DNA of 61,664 nt, the filler included, from Choristocarpus tenellus KU-1152 (lineage: Eukaryota > Protista > Phaeophyceae), in the NCBI GenBank assembly GCA_964200185.2. It is 9 parts of 9 records of this genome, joined end to end, with 100 filler letters (N's around TTAATTAATTAA, not from the genome) between each part and the next. Parts side by side here need not be neighbours in the genome. Positions count along the whole stretch, not along the records: positions 37,630 to 48,385 come from CAXNAD020002734.1; positions 48,486 to 51,750 come from CAXNAD020021169.1; 7 more parts are not named here. One strand, given 5' to 3'. Under the pieces are notes generated by a model, which was not told the origin of the DNA, did no database searches, and saw only the letters and a program-made list of their open reading frames with translations. The translations under genes were made by a program, and so were the position numbers. Shown here in pieces: positions 37,530-50,231 of the stretch (position 1 is the first letter of the stretch; each line of letters opens with the position of its first letter).

Positions 37530-37629
37530 NNNNNNNNNNNNNNNNNNNNNNNNNNNNNNNNNNNNNNNNNNNNTTAATTAATTAANNNNNNNNNNNNNNN
37601 NNNNNNNNNNNNNNNNNNNNNNNNNNNNN
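37530..37629. other. Artificial contig linker
   Basis: N44-TTAATTAATTAA-N44. Confidence 0.97.
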
Positions 37630-37884
37630 GGGGACTGTTGGACACAGGTTGTCCATCTGGGGCTTGATGGGGTGTTGTTGTAAAATACCCCAGTTTGATG
37701 CCCATTTTACGAGTGATTTTCCTCCAGATTTTGGTTCAGGCAGGGGAATGACAAAGGAAAGTACAATCAGATGAAGGAAATTGCCCATACATCCGACAAG
37801 TTCACTCCAACGGCATGAAAATCACTACAGGTTCACACCGGCCCCCAATGGACACCTAAACACTCCTCTAGGATACTATGTGTC
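37630..37884 (+). mobile_element. MITE family C, left TIR lost at contig start
   Basis: Aligns with 18198 and 46194; ends CTCTAGGATACTATGTGTC. Confidence 0.85.
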
Positions 37885-40800
37885 TCCCCTCAATACAGCC
37901 CCCCAACCCCTGTTGTTGCCCACTCAAATGTCTGTGTGTGAGGGGCCTGTAGCTCCCAATCCTGGTCACGGAAGAAGGATTGGAAATAGTCAATTGTAAA
38001 TATCGCAAGTGAGACAGAGGAGTACTTTACAGGATTATCGCTTGACAGAAATGTCGCGACGTTATTGTCTATGTGTGCGTTGTTCTCTGGATGAATGGAA
38101 TGCTGTAGGCAGAAGTACAGAAATTTTGGCAATGTGGGGCACACACAGGGAGCAAGCACACAAGAGGATGTTGTTACTAGGGACAACTAGGATGAGAATA
38201 AACGGCTTCTTCGCCACATGCTTATTCGAGGAGCAAGTACGAACACGGCAATACAAATGGAGGGCAGACCGTACTACTCCCACAGAAGTTCGTCTGCCTG
38301 CATTGATTAGAGTGTGACTTTCACATACTCTACCACCAACGTTATCCAACCGTCCGAAGGGGTGATAATGAGAAGTCCTTATCCCCATGCTCCCACCCAT
38401 ATCATATTAGACCTTGAATGACATCCCCACGTTGTTTGTCTTGAGTGACGGGAAATAGATTGCAAAGAGTAGAAATTGCTGGGAGGATTGTCTAGGGCAC
38501 ATCACACACTTTCTGGCGTCTCAAAAGGGGCTCATCACACTGTGGTGCAATCAAAAGGGCAAACAGTGCCAACCTGCTTGCTAAAGAACATTGATGGTTG
38601 TCGACAGACCTGATGAGCAAATCAAACGAAATATCTGAGAGGGACAGTTGTCTGCCCAGTGTGTGGCATTGGGTGTAAAGAAAAGGAACAACTTTGAAAC
38701 ATTGAAGAGATTGTACAGGTCACCCTTATGTGGTCAGGGCCTGATAATATACAAGCCTTCATAATATTCCGTTTAGAAAGCGCGCGAAAAAACTCTAGCA
38801 GTACTCTATCCCATCCAATGCATTCAGTCAGACCTTTGCAGTGCGTGTGAAATTTGAGGTCCTCGGTACCACCAGTAGTGTTGTGAAGTGTTTTGGGTTT
38901 TTTAGTTGGTGGTATAGTATGACAAAGAAAGAAAACTGTTGCTGCTGGCATATCTGGAACTACTACCACTGTTCACAGTAGTAAAAAAAAGCCATGCGCT
39001 CCTCAACATCGACATCACTCCCATCACTCTCTCTTCCATGAGCGCAAGTTCCCACTGACCAGTGTGATAAAACGCTCAGCAATCAGTTTGATCCTTTTAA
39101 CTCTTCAACAAGGGAATTGATCAGACACGACTTTGATCTTGGCGAATCTCGTTGGTATTTGGTAAGCCATCCTGGGAACCATCACCAGGAGGATGTCATA
39201 TCTTCAGACTCTCTTGGTGTTCGTCCAGCTTTGATACTGTTGTTGCCCTTGCTTGTATGCACATGTATATGTTAGCGTTTCTGATCATCGTCTTGGGTCT
39301 TGGCAACAGGTTCAATAATAAGGACCGATCAGAAACAAGTTTTGATCTTTGACTCTTTTGACTGCTCTATCTACGACTCAGGTCAATCTTGGCTGTACGT
39401 CCCTATATGGTAAGGGATCGCCTTCTTAGAAGATATGTTGCCATCCAAAACATTACGTTGAATGATAGTCATATCGTCTCACTCATAGGTAAGTGTTTAA
39501 AAAAAAATCAGCTCCTATATGGTATGATCATCATAATAAACCTATTTGTCATCATCACGAATAGAACATGTGTAATTTTTATTGATGTGTGCATATTTTT
39601 GGTCTGTCTGACTTCCAAACAAAGTGATCACTTGACATACAACAATCTTATGTTTGGATTTAGCAGACACTTACGTTTGACATAGATCTTCAATTAGTAA
39701 GATAGATGTAGCATTTACCTCTTGACGACTGGTTCATTCACTGATTAATGAGCGATTTAAAAAGATATAGAAAATTGAATTCTGTTTTACTTGTCTTATA
39801 ATTCTCCTATATTTCTATATTGTTATAGGTCTAACATTTTGGAGATGTGTCAATGAAAAAACCCAATTCAATATCAGAAGAAGTTCCGATTTCTAACACG
39901 GAATCGGTAACCACACTCTAAAATCCAAGCACTGATTGGAGAGCCAACAGATATACTACAATAAATTATATTAATTCCATTGATGAAGATGAAATCAGAA
40001 CCACTATTTTCATCAGAAGGTTCAGTTGAATAAAAGCGAAAACAACGTACTCAAAACTGTTCTCTAATACACGTCAAGTAAGGAATAACAAATATGATCG
40101 ATACAGATCAATACTCTCAAGTCAAAGGCCTTCAGAATACAAAAATAGCAATATTAGGGCAGTTAATAAGCACAAAAGAAAGGGCTCATGATCTAGAAAC
40201 CTTCTCTAGACATTTTGGGATAAATGAAAATGATGAAACGGTCGCAACCATACATTAGCAGTGTACGTTTTGTAGGTCAGTGAAGAAATGGCTACCCACA
40301 TGAATTACGAAGGTTCAAACCCTTTCGACGCAAGACTCCTTTTTACTGAAATCTGGATTCGATTATCCTCTTCCACATGGTAAAAGCACAACGGATTGTA
40401 TGACTACACCATCTTGTCTGTAACTATGCCACAAAAATGCAGGACCAAGATCGAGGTGGGAACTTCAAGGTGAGGGGGAGGGGGGGATCCACCACAAGAT
40501 TTAGGGGAGACAAAGCAACGAGGACCTGAAGTGCTGAACCTTACAGACGAGAAGCAAGGCAGGAATGGAGGCAATACAATCAATCAAAGTACAACAGCAG
40601 CAGATATTCAGCACACTTCCATGTCAGGCAACCGTATCTAGTTCTATTTTCATTTCAAAGTTTTAGTCAGGAGTCAAAAATGTAGTGGTGTGTATAGTGC
40701 TTTTGATCACGGGCTGAGATAATGTCCAGAGTGATGTATGCGAAGAAAGAGGGGGAAAAAAACTGTTTGGTCTTTGTTTTTTTCTGAGAAAGGCCCCTAC

Positions 40801-41154
40801 AATCCAAAACACTAATCTAGGGGCAATTCTAAGTTTTAGTTTCAACGTGGGCAAACTTTGTTGTGATGTGTTTTGGAGCATGCACACATGTGACTGAGGG
40901 CGACTATTGTTTTGAATGGACTGTCATGGAATATCAGAGGCCAGACATACATCATACGAGTGATCATTCCTGGACCATACCACTGTTTGTTGTGAAAAGA
41001 TCGCCAGGATCCAAGAGCGTAATTTATTATTCCGCCATCTTTCAAAAGGGGAGGTTCCTCCTGTAGATGATACCTCAAAAACTGGACACATGTTGCAATC
41101 CACTGCATGTGTTTGGCTCTTTTTTGTAAAGCAGTGCTATTTTCAATCGAAATA

Positions 41155-42231
41155 CTACTGCCCAATCCTTATAGCACAAGGAGGAGGAGGTACAATATTT
41201 GACTTTGGACCCACCAAGAGTTTGGGGAGGAATCCTCGGCCGCTTAATGCACCCAGTGGAACTACCCGAGCATGATGTCGTGCCCCCGTTTTGACAGGTC
41301 TCACTGATGTTACCCCTCCCCTCCCCAGGTCGAATACGCCTCCTAGATTTGGACTATTATTCTCTAGGCCTTCACGTGTTCTATCCTCTACGCAACTTAG
41401 TCTATTTGCTCTCCTCTCCTCGATATAGAAGTTGTGGCGGTGCTGTCTATCCTGCCCACTTCTGAACCTCTCAGATGGCAGTGATATTGGTGGAGGAGGA
41501 GGATTCACTCGTGTACGATGTATTGACTCCAGATCATCTGTCCCAATTGGCAGCGACAATCCCAGCCTAGATCCGACAAGCATCATATCCAAGGCATCAC
41601 ACTGTACAGAGTCCGACCCCCTAGTTCGAGCTCCTGCCCTTCTCTCCCCTTTCCTCAACGTACTCCGATGAAGAATGCATGGCAACAAAGCAACTCCCTC
41701 GACCTCCACACCCTGCCTAGCCACCTCCCTTTCGCCCGTTTCTGCAAAATGAGGGACATCAGTCACCCCACCGTCTCTATCTAAACCTGCATGAACTAGT
41801 TGTGGTCCCTGGTGCCGTCCTCTTTGCCGGCGTTGTCCCTGCCCCCCACGCCGAACATTGCGGTTAAGTGCTGGGAACAAAGGGATGTGGTCGATGGGAC
41901 AAAGACAACCCCCAGGATCACCAGTCCCTGCTCTCTCCAGGAGAATAGGGATCAGGCATGAGGTGTGGACGGTATGGCCACAGGGCAGCCGTCGACGCCC
42001 TTGTTTCCCACCGCTATCACTTCCACTGCAGTACACGCATGTCGGGCATGTGTTGTTTTGTTGATGGTTAGGACTCAGAGAGTCTGAGGGTGTGCGTCCG
42101 TTGCCTGGTATGGAATCAGGCTCTGGTCCAACTCCTGGCAAGGAGTTGAGGAGATGGTCATGTAGGGCGGGTATTTGTGTTCCATCTAGCCGCAGAAGTA
42201 GATCAAAATCGGCTGTAGTGATTTCCCGTTC
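41155..42231 (-). CDS. Terminal exon of a ZSWIM2-like RING-H2 E3 ubiquitin ligase
   Basis: Pyrimidine-rich TAG acceptor, then an open frame EREITTADFDLLLRLD...CVYC..RRLPCGHTVHTSC..CPID. The REIT..D.DLLL.LD segment plus a RING ending in CPID resembles ZSWIM2-family C-termini (from memory). Confidence 0.7.
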   Translation of the reverse strand, partial: EREITTADFDLLLRLDGTQIPALHDHLLNSLPGVGPEPDSIPGNGRTPSDSLSPNHQQNNTCPTCVYCSGSDSGGKQGRRRLPCGHTVHTSCLIPILLERAGTGDPGGCLCPIDHIPLFPALNRNVRRGGQGQRRQRGRHQGPQLVHAGLDRDGGVTDVPHFAETGEREVARQGVEVEGVALLPCILHRSTLRKGERRAGARTRGSDSVQCDALDMMLVGSRLGLSLPIGTDDLESIHRTRVNPPPPPISLPSERFRSGQDRQHRHNFYIEERRANRLSCVEDRTREGLENNSPNLGGVFDLGRGGVTSVRPVKTGARHHARVVPLGALSGRGFLPKLLVGPKSNIVPPPPCAIRIGQ

Positions 42232-42523
42232 CTAACAAGAGGGGGAGGAGGAGAGATGGCGGAAGGTGGTGGCATTATACCACTTGATTCACATAGAGGA
42301 TACTGGATTCAGATGCTTGACATGGAATAGTTTTTCGAGGCAGCAGGTTTCAAAGATATTTGGGAAAACAATATACTATTGTGTATACCGCAAGAGATAT
42401 AATGAGGCTTAAAGTTGGCTGGGATCCAAAAATACGAGAAGAACATTACTTTTTATTTTGAATTATGCGGACAACCATGCCAGTAGAAAATGGATAATAA
42501 AATCCAACTGCATCCTAGGCAAA

Positions 42524-42697
42524 GGTTCAAAGTATCTGGGGAGGGGGGGAATCTATACTAGGGTGTCCATTCGGTCCCCAGCCAGGAGAAATGCACTCAT
42601 ATTATCCATCTGGCACATTCAACCAAATTCACCCAAAAATCGCGACATGGAATAATGGGCCCTGAATGGACAGCCCCCCCCCCAGATACTCTGAGCC
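42524..42697 (-). mobile_element. MITE family B
   Basis: GGTTCAAAGTATCTGGGGAGG ... CCCCCAGATACTCTGAGCC; TSD ambiguous. Confidence 0.85.
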
Positions 42698-43337
42698 CAA
42701 TCAACTATTCTCTGATTGCTGAATGATGTGATCAGTGAAACACTAGCTAAGATTAAAGTAAACATTGTTTGACCGGTCTTCCTGTCCGTACAAAGATCAC
42801 TAGGATGTCAGACTACTGAATATTCCAGAAGTTTTCCAGTGAATCGATTTGTCAGAAGGATTGAAAACGGAACTTCTGAACGCTAAGACGTGCAATGGCG
42901 TAACTTGATGTGTCACAGTGTGTTACAGGTTAGATGTTAGATTCAGTCTGTTGAATGCTCAAGTATGACTCTGCTGATAAGGTCGGATTTGAGCAGGATT
43001 CAGGCTTGCATCCAACGGAGGGGTAGTTCTAATGCAGATGAAGCATGTGTCAAATGATGTGATATCTTTTGGCTGGTATTCCATATTTCAACCTTTCAAC
43101 CGCAACAACCAAGGATGGAAATTTAGGTGTGTAGGACATGTTGAAAGTTCCTCGATGGAGGACGAAGAAAAGGAAAGTCAACTGGGAAGGGTTTTCTTAA
43201 TTTCCTAAGGACTGAAGGTTAGGAGTATTGTACATCTCCACATCTTGTCTGATAGCAGGTCAGCAGAAAGTAACTTTTATGGTGACCAACCAATCAAGCT
43301 CCCACTTCCAAAAAATAGAATAAAAATGTTAAATATG

Positions 43338-45884
43338 CTCCCTCTGTCCCGTAAGTCTGCGGCGTTTAGGGGGTAACTTCTCGAGATGACCTCCGATGAA
43401 AAAACTGTTTTTTTACGTTGGATTTCTTGATGTTTTTTGCGTGAAACCATTCTTTGTTCCGTTCCTCATGCCTATCAATCCACCAATCGACCGCCGCGTC
43501 GAAGACCCCTCCGTCTATTCTGACCGATTTTGGCAGACTTCCCTCACGCTGCCTTTTCTTAATTCCGGTGTGCTGTACCTCGAAATCGTTATGCCCTGGC
43601 GCCTTCAAAACTTTCTGCCACACCCTCTCTAAATTTTCTTTGTCATATGCACCAAACATGGAGTTTACCCTCTTCACAGGGTCACCTATCGTACTGTAAT
43701 GCTCAAATAATACTTTTTGGGGATGCAAAGAACCCCAAATCGTTGATACTGAGATTAGGTGACTGCTCAAGCTGTGTTACATGCTTGATGTTTTCCCCCC
43801 CCATCCCTCCTGAGCTTCCTTGGCGTGTCTTTTCCCGGACAGGGAGTCGCTCTGCCCTGCTTCGCAACCACCTCCTCACCCTCCAACCACGATATTTTTT
43901 CTTTCAACGCAGGGAGAAAACTCTCCACCGGTACCACTCAGGGTCGATAGTCACATCAAAGTCATGCTGCTGCCCCCTCTCATGGCGCAGGCTGGATTTC
44001 TCTGTGCCGGCTTGATGCAATCACTCTCGATCCTGATCTTGCCTTTGAAATCACTGGAAGGATCTGGGTGTGAAATGATACAGATGAACATCACCCTTAG
44101 GAATGTGACTCTTTGTGCTGTACCTGGGTGGAGTCCACCCTTTCCTCCTCGGGGAGTATGCAGATGCACTCTCCATCGCGAATGAGGTAGAACCATGCTT
44201 CGTCGATATGAATCATTTTGAGGTCACCTCTGGAATTGATGTGAGTCCTTGCTGCTTGGCCAAGGATGAAATCTACTCACTTGGTTCGTTCGATGGTTCA
44301 GTGACAGACTCGGTTGGGTTAAACCACTGTTTCAACTTTCGTTGTACCCGTCACTTTGAGCAATCACTGATGCCTTGAGCTGCCGACTAAGAGACCGACT
44401 TCGGCTAACTTGACAGACAGTTGATGGAGGGTCAGGGTTCGATCCTTTGATCTGCAGTCTCGACCTTTCGAATCTTTCCATGCTTTGTTGTTGCGAAGTC
44501 TGATGGCTGCCCACTTCATGACACTGATTTTAATGAAAGCATGTTGCAGTTGGCCAATTGTTCTTGTATGCGCACCCGCAATTGTCCTGGATATTGTTTG
44601 ACAACTCCAAACTGCTCTGCCAACTCTGGTCTGACGCCTTTTGGAAGCCGTTTCTTACCAAGAGGTAGAACTAAAGCGTAGCGTACGGCCAGCGTATCTT
44701 GACCTTCCTCGCTGAGCTCGCAATTATTACGCTGGGCCAATTGGTTCCCCTCCCAGTGAAAGACAGCAGACTTCCCAGAGTAGCCATATTGGCTATAGGC
44801 CCATCACCCACTTCCCAATTCCTTGTGTCCTGGATGTGCTTGAGGAACTCACTTGCAGAGTCTAAGGGAGAGTTGTACAGCTCTTGGCGAGGTACTGTGT
44901 AGAAGAATATACTGTTTATTCTTGTCTATGAGCAAATTATGTAAGAAATATTAAGTATGAGTTGATGAAATAGGACATGGAAGAATCCAGGAACAGGAAA
45001 TATTATAGAAAGTAATCTGTGACTAGCTGTAAGTGATCGGCAGAATAAGATTTTGCGAAGGAGAACTCCTCCCTTGGACTTGAAGGCTTACTCCTTTGTT
45101 CTTCCTTACTTCATCTCCAACTTGCCCAACCCTTAGGGAATTAGTCAAGTCATTTACATCCAGAAGCCTTCGGCATATCAGCTTCTTTATCATAAGGAGA
45201 TGTTGTGTGGCGGTGGGGGGGCGTTGTGTTACAGGCGAGTGACCATTCCTTCTCGTGTTCTAGCAAGCGCGAGCAGTATACGAGATTGTAGCAAACAGAT
45301 GACCTTACAGAAGAAATGCTGATTTCTTAGAAGTTGCAGGAAAGATTGGTGATTTGAGTACGTAAACAATGACTGGCAGATGTCTTTCAATTTGTAGTCT
45401 GTAGAATTCGGGTGCATGATGCAAATAAAGAATACTTTAGGTGCCACCAAAGTACGTCTTGATTCACTCTTTATTTCTCAAATAAAATATTATGTCAAGC
45501 TTTGACCTAAGTACTAAGTGATGCATTGAGAGAAGAGTGGCTGACACCCGCACGTGACTATCAACTAACTGTGGAAATACCCCCGTAGCATCGTTTTAAG
45601 GGTCGTTGGATTAGAGTTATATGTCCTGGGGAGGCGAGTTCTGGAGCGCGTTGTAACAGTTGTACCCACCGTCTGGTGCAGCGCAGCCACTGAAAATGGG
45701 ACCGAAAAGTACCGCTTCTTCCGAACTATTTCGGAACAAAATGCGAAAACCAACATTTCCCTCCAAACAATTATATTTAGAGCTTCAAATTTGAGGCATA
45801 CATCACAAGGAAAGTCTTCGTATTTGTGAAGAAACGGCCAAAACAAAAACGTCGCAGGCTTATGGGTCAGAGAGAGAGGGAGAG
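43338..45884 (-). mobile_element. Tc1/mariner DD39D-type element with Stowaway-like TIRs, decayed
   Basis: Left CTCCCTCTGTCCCGTAAGTCTGCGGCGTTT; right AAACGTCGCAGGCTTATGGGTCAGAGAGAG..GAG|TA; transposase relic in between. Confidence 0.8.
43366..44740 (-). pseudogene. DD39D mariner transposase pseudogene
   Basis: HTH-like LAEQFGV; IHIDEAWFYL; RVMFI..F.GKI..PAQRN; QSPNLSINDLGFFAS; GHNDF..H. Multiple stops and frameshifts; second and third catalytic Asp degenerate. Confidence 0.82.
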
Positions 45885-46193
45885 TAGTGTTCTGATCAGC
45901 CTCAACAATTGACGACGTAATCCCTCTGCAGGTACTTTACTCCTTTGGTTGATTCTCGACATCTCGAGTGGAAAACGTTGACAATATTTTGGTATTACTT
46001 TCGAGAAAATCGACCATTTGGAACAAGTGAACTTCCCTTGATTATTTTCTGGGCATTTTCCTGCCCAAATGGTCACCGACATCCAAAAACAGTCGAATAT
46101 AATCGCACCTGATCATCGCCTGCTGTTTTTATTTCAAGACACAATTCCGTTCTTCCATGTATGGGGAGCATTATGTGTATCTTATTCTCATCA

Positions 46194-46464
46194 TGCGATA
46201 GTTTCTGAGAGAGGGGGGGTGTTTAGTTCAGGCTGTCCATCCAGGGCTTGATGGAGTGTTGTAAAATACCCCAGTTTGATGCCCATTTTACGAGTGGTTT
46301 TCCTTCGGATTTGGTTCAGGCAATGGAATGAGAAAGGAAGGTGCAATCAGATGAAGGAAAAGTCTGTTGCATTCGACAAGTTCACTCCAATGGCATGAAA
46401 ATCACTACAGGTTCACACCGGGTCCGAATGGACGCCTGACCCCTCCTCTAGGATACTATGGGTC
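46194..46464 (+). mobile_element. MITE family C
   Basis: Aligns with 18198 and 37630; ends CTCTAGGATACTATGGGTC; flanks ATCA/ATCG. Confidence 0.85.
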
Positions 46465-46797
46465 ATCGCAATTTATGGGCGGTAAAGGGTTCCTGGTCAC
46501 AGTACTTTTATAGTTGGAGTGGGTTTGATATGTCACAGTTCCCAAGTCTAGATGGTTTCGCATATTATCGAGAGCTTGTTCACATAGTCACAAAAGACTT
46601 GATACAAGCAAACCATAGTCTACATTTCTGAAACCGAACTGCTCAGCATGTCGCCAAGCATGTGTAATGCCCAGTGGCCAAGGGTAAAAATCAAACTTGG
46701 GGATGGGAACAGGGTCATCAGGACAAAGAGGAGAGCTATAACAGATGTGCATTACAAGTGGTGAGCACATTTTGCAGCACCTTTTGTGTCTAACTCT

Positions 46798-47040
46798 GAG
46801 TCAGAGCATTTAAGAGGGTAGGGGCATGTCTGTTCGGAATCATGAATCCAATATTGCGATTTTGATGAATTTTGGCTATCATGTTTGTTAGCAAGTGTCA
46901 ATTTCCTTGCTCCGGTCACACCTTTCGTAGTCTTACACATTTTACATACTCCGAGATCCGAAATGCTCACACAGAAAACCGAAAAAGGGAATAAAGAATA
47001 CGAACGGGCAATACTCCTACCCTCTTTAATGCTTTGGGCC
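46798..47040 (+). mobile_element. MITE subfamily A2
   Basis: GAGTCAGAGCATTTAAGAGGGTAG ... CTACCCTCTTTAATGCTTTGGGCC; flanks CTCT/ATCT. Confidence 0.8.
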
Positions 47041-47321
47041 ATCTCTCAAGGGGAAATATCAAGCAATACAACCCATTTTGTTAGCAGGTAGTTTAGCATC
47101 ACTTGCCCCACATACATGTTTCAATTTTTTCGTTCTCACACCACCATAGCCTATGTTTTCACTACATTGCACTCTGGGAGCTGACCACGCAAAGTTGGCG
47201 AGGGCTTGCTAGGCACACACACACACCTTGTGCTATGTCCTGCTGATACATGTGGTGGTGTCCCACGTGTGTTTTTTTCTAATTTTCCTGCATGCCACAC
47301 AATTGGACACTTGCTAGTGTT

Positions 47322-47577
47322 GAGTCTAAGTATCTCAGAGGGTAGAGCTGTGTTTGTTTGGAGTCCAAGATCCAATGCTGCAATTTTGATATAATTTTGG
47401 CTATCGTGTTTGTTAGGAGGTGTCAATATCCTTGTTCCGGACACATCTTTCATAACGTATACATTATACCTACTTCAAAACATTTCGGAGTAGGAAAATG
47501 TCATCAAAAACCGGTGGGAAGCCAACCCCCAAACGGACAAACAGGGCAAAACTCGTACCCTTTGAGATACTTTCACT
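47322..47577 (+). mobile_element. MITE family A, TSD TGTT (terminal C missing)
   Basis: TGTT|GAGTCTAAGTATCTCAGAGGGTA ... GATACTTTCACT|TGTT. Confidence 0.9.
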
Positions 47578-47992
47578 TGTTTGTGGCCCCTTAACACCAT
47601 CCAGAACAACCACGACCATGCGCACAAGAGCTAGAATGATATCCTCCCACAGGACAAATCAGAGTGGGGGGTGGTCACCATTGGGTTCTCTGTGAAGAGA
47701 AGGCCCTGTGGGACATTTCATTGCCAGCAATCCATCAAGCGCAACTCCAGTGTGGGTGAAAATGGAGAGGCCCATGTATGATATTTGATACGATCCCTCA
47801 TCAGCAGCAGGCACATGCTAGGATGCATTGACGCTTATGCCTACATTGCGAATTCATCCCCCGAAAGTGTATATAATTTTTTTTTACTTTGTGTATGCAC
47901 TTCTCATCATTGCTGGCAATGCTTTTAAAAACTTGCTCTTGATGTTTTTAGTGAACGTGAGTATATGTCACAATCTCTACAATGGTAGTGTT

Positions 47993-48257
47993 GAGGTAGA
48001 GTATATTAAGAGGGTAGAGCCGCATCCGTTTTGGAGCCAAAATCCAATGTTGCGATTTTGATGTAATCTTGGCTATTGTGTTTGTTAGGAAGTACCAATA
48101 TCCTTGATCCACACACACCATTTCATATCGTATACATTTTTCTTACTCCGAAACATTTTAGAGTAAGTACTATGTCGTAAATAAATAACCCATGGGAAGC
48201 CAAGCCCAAAACGGACAAGCAGGGCAAAACTTGTACCCTCATAAGATACTTTCACTC
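47993..48257 (+). mobile_element. MITE family A, TSD TGTT
   Basis: TGTT|GAGGTAGAGTATATTAAGAGGGTA ... AAGATACTTTCACTC|TGTT. Confidence 0.9.
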
Positions 48258-48343
48258 TGTTTTGGAATATCATAGTCAGACACCGTCCGAGGCAGATGTG
48301 TACATATTCCCACTAATATTGTGTTCCGAAACGGCGTTCAAAT

Positions 48344-48385
48344 GACCCAAGGTAACTTGGGGGGGGGGGGGGGGGGGTCTACACC
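48344..48385 (-). mobile_element. MITE family B end, broken at poly-G
   Basis: GACCCAAGGTAACTT, a G-run, then TCTACACC. Confidence 0.65.
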
Positions 48386-48485
48386 NNNNNNNNNNNNNNN
48401 NNNNNNNNNNNNNNNNNNNNNNNNNNNNNTTAATTAATTAANNNNNNNNNNNNNNNNNNNNNNNNNNNNNNNNNNNNNNNNNNNN
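48386..48485. other. Artificial contig linker
   Basis: N44-TTAATTAATTAA-N44. Confidence 0.97.
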
Positions 48486-49069
48486 GGGGGGGGGGGGAGG
48501 GGAAGTGTTCGTACTTAAGGTGTGAAACTTTGCAGTTGTACACTGTGCTGAAGACTTTTTTGGTGAAGCTCATTGACTTTTGTTTTGGATGAGGTACTAA
48601 TGTGTCAAGTCGCTGCTTCTATACGCTCGCGTGTTGGTGTATGTGTATGTGTCTGTACGTGAATGGTTTGAAGCTCTCTGTTGGCTTTACTGCTTCAGCT
48701 ACCACAGTAGTGTTTTATCCTTTTTTCTTGATTTTTTAAAATTATTTTTTGAAAGAAGAGACAAATAAATGTATGTGAGAAAAAGAAGCCGATGACCTTT
48801 TCCTGCTACTCCGTGGTGTGTGTGTGTGTGCAATTCATTTTAAGAACAATTAATTGGTGTTTGAATTTTTGTTTATTTTTTGTCTTGATGTGTGCGGAAG
48901 GAAGTGCAGCATTTGCAAATATTTCATTTTTTTTTAATGTACAAAAATACAAATTTAATTTATTTTTGTTCTGAGCTTACCTATTTTTTTTTATTCAACA
49001 AAAAATGGATACATATTTGTTTATCGACTACTTTTTTTGTTTTTTTGTCTTTTGTTTGTGTTATCACAG

Positions 49070-50176
49070 ATCCACAATGGTACAGAATCCGGTGATGAGG
49101 GCCTCATGCAGGCATTTGGGCACATCCTAATGGTTGCTCGTGAGAAGGGTTTCCTTTGTCCGTTCCCCAAGCTGGTCAAAGGGGGGCGTATGTTTGCCAT
49201 GGTGAAGTTACCGGTCTTCTCTGGGGATGAAGAGAGGTGATCCTAACCCTAATCCCTAATCCTAACCCCAACAAAACATAAAAGAAAAGAAATGCATTTC
49301 TGACCTCGAGCAACTTTGTGGACTCCCCCTTGAAGTCACAACTGGAGTACAGTCAGTGGTGGCACTATACTATTTTACAGTATATTTAGATTTGTTGGAT
49401 GGCGAACTGGAGAAAAATTGCTTGACTTGGAGTAGAAAAAGTGTGTCTTCTGGTACACGCTTCGTTCATCTACCAATCAAAACTATTGGAAACTTTCTCC
49501 ACCTTTTTAAAAAAAAACTGTTTAAAACTTTTTTTTTATTTTTTTGGTATTGGAATCGTTTCTCGAGGGTGTGTGATTTTTTTTTTATTAATGAAACCAT
49601 CCTAAGAAGCTGCTCCGAAGAAACAAAATTCTGAGGTGTGAGTGAGAATGCTGTAGGGAAGGTGTGTCAGGTGTTGGGTTCGAAAGAGGTGTTGGCTTCA
49701 ACCCACCTCCTCGTGGGGGACCACCTTGAATGTGAGACTGAATCTTTTGGAAAGGTTCGCACTCATTTCTACTTCTCTTGCCCCTGCACAGTAAAATATA
49801 TTTGATTGTGTAATGGGGGATAGATACCTGGCGCGATGGGTTGCATAATGTCTTACTAAAGGAGTGAGAAATTGCCCCACTGTGGATGGTAATCGCCCAG
49901 AATGGAATGGAGACGCCATCTTCCACATAGAGGCGTATGTTTTGGAGTGTCGCTCAGTGGACCGATAGCTGAACCCGTAATCTTTGTTTGATACCAACTT
50001 GGGAACGGTCGCTTGGTGGAGAGGTACATGATGTTATGCTTTTTTTACTGCTTAATAATAATACAAAGAATGTAAATAGTCCATATACCGTCATTTTTTT
50101 TCTTCTCTCGGTGATGTCGTTCTGCCCATGAAGTCTGCCGAGAGCCCTTCCCCGATTGTTTCAGAGCTGTATTCCT

Positions 50177-50231
<55 letters not shown>

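Noticed and set aside
44898-45158. Possible solo LTR (TGTA...TACA) nested in the mariner
   Set aside because: Flanks TACTG/TCCAG match only 3 of 5, and there is no second copy in the window.
46600-47090. Plus-strand retropepsin-like scrap (KIKLGDG..KGKYQAI) around MITE A2
   Set aside because: Too short and degenerate, with no catalytic D(S/T)G visible.
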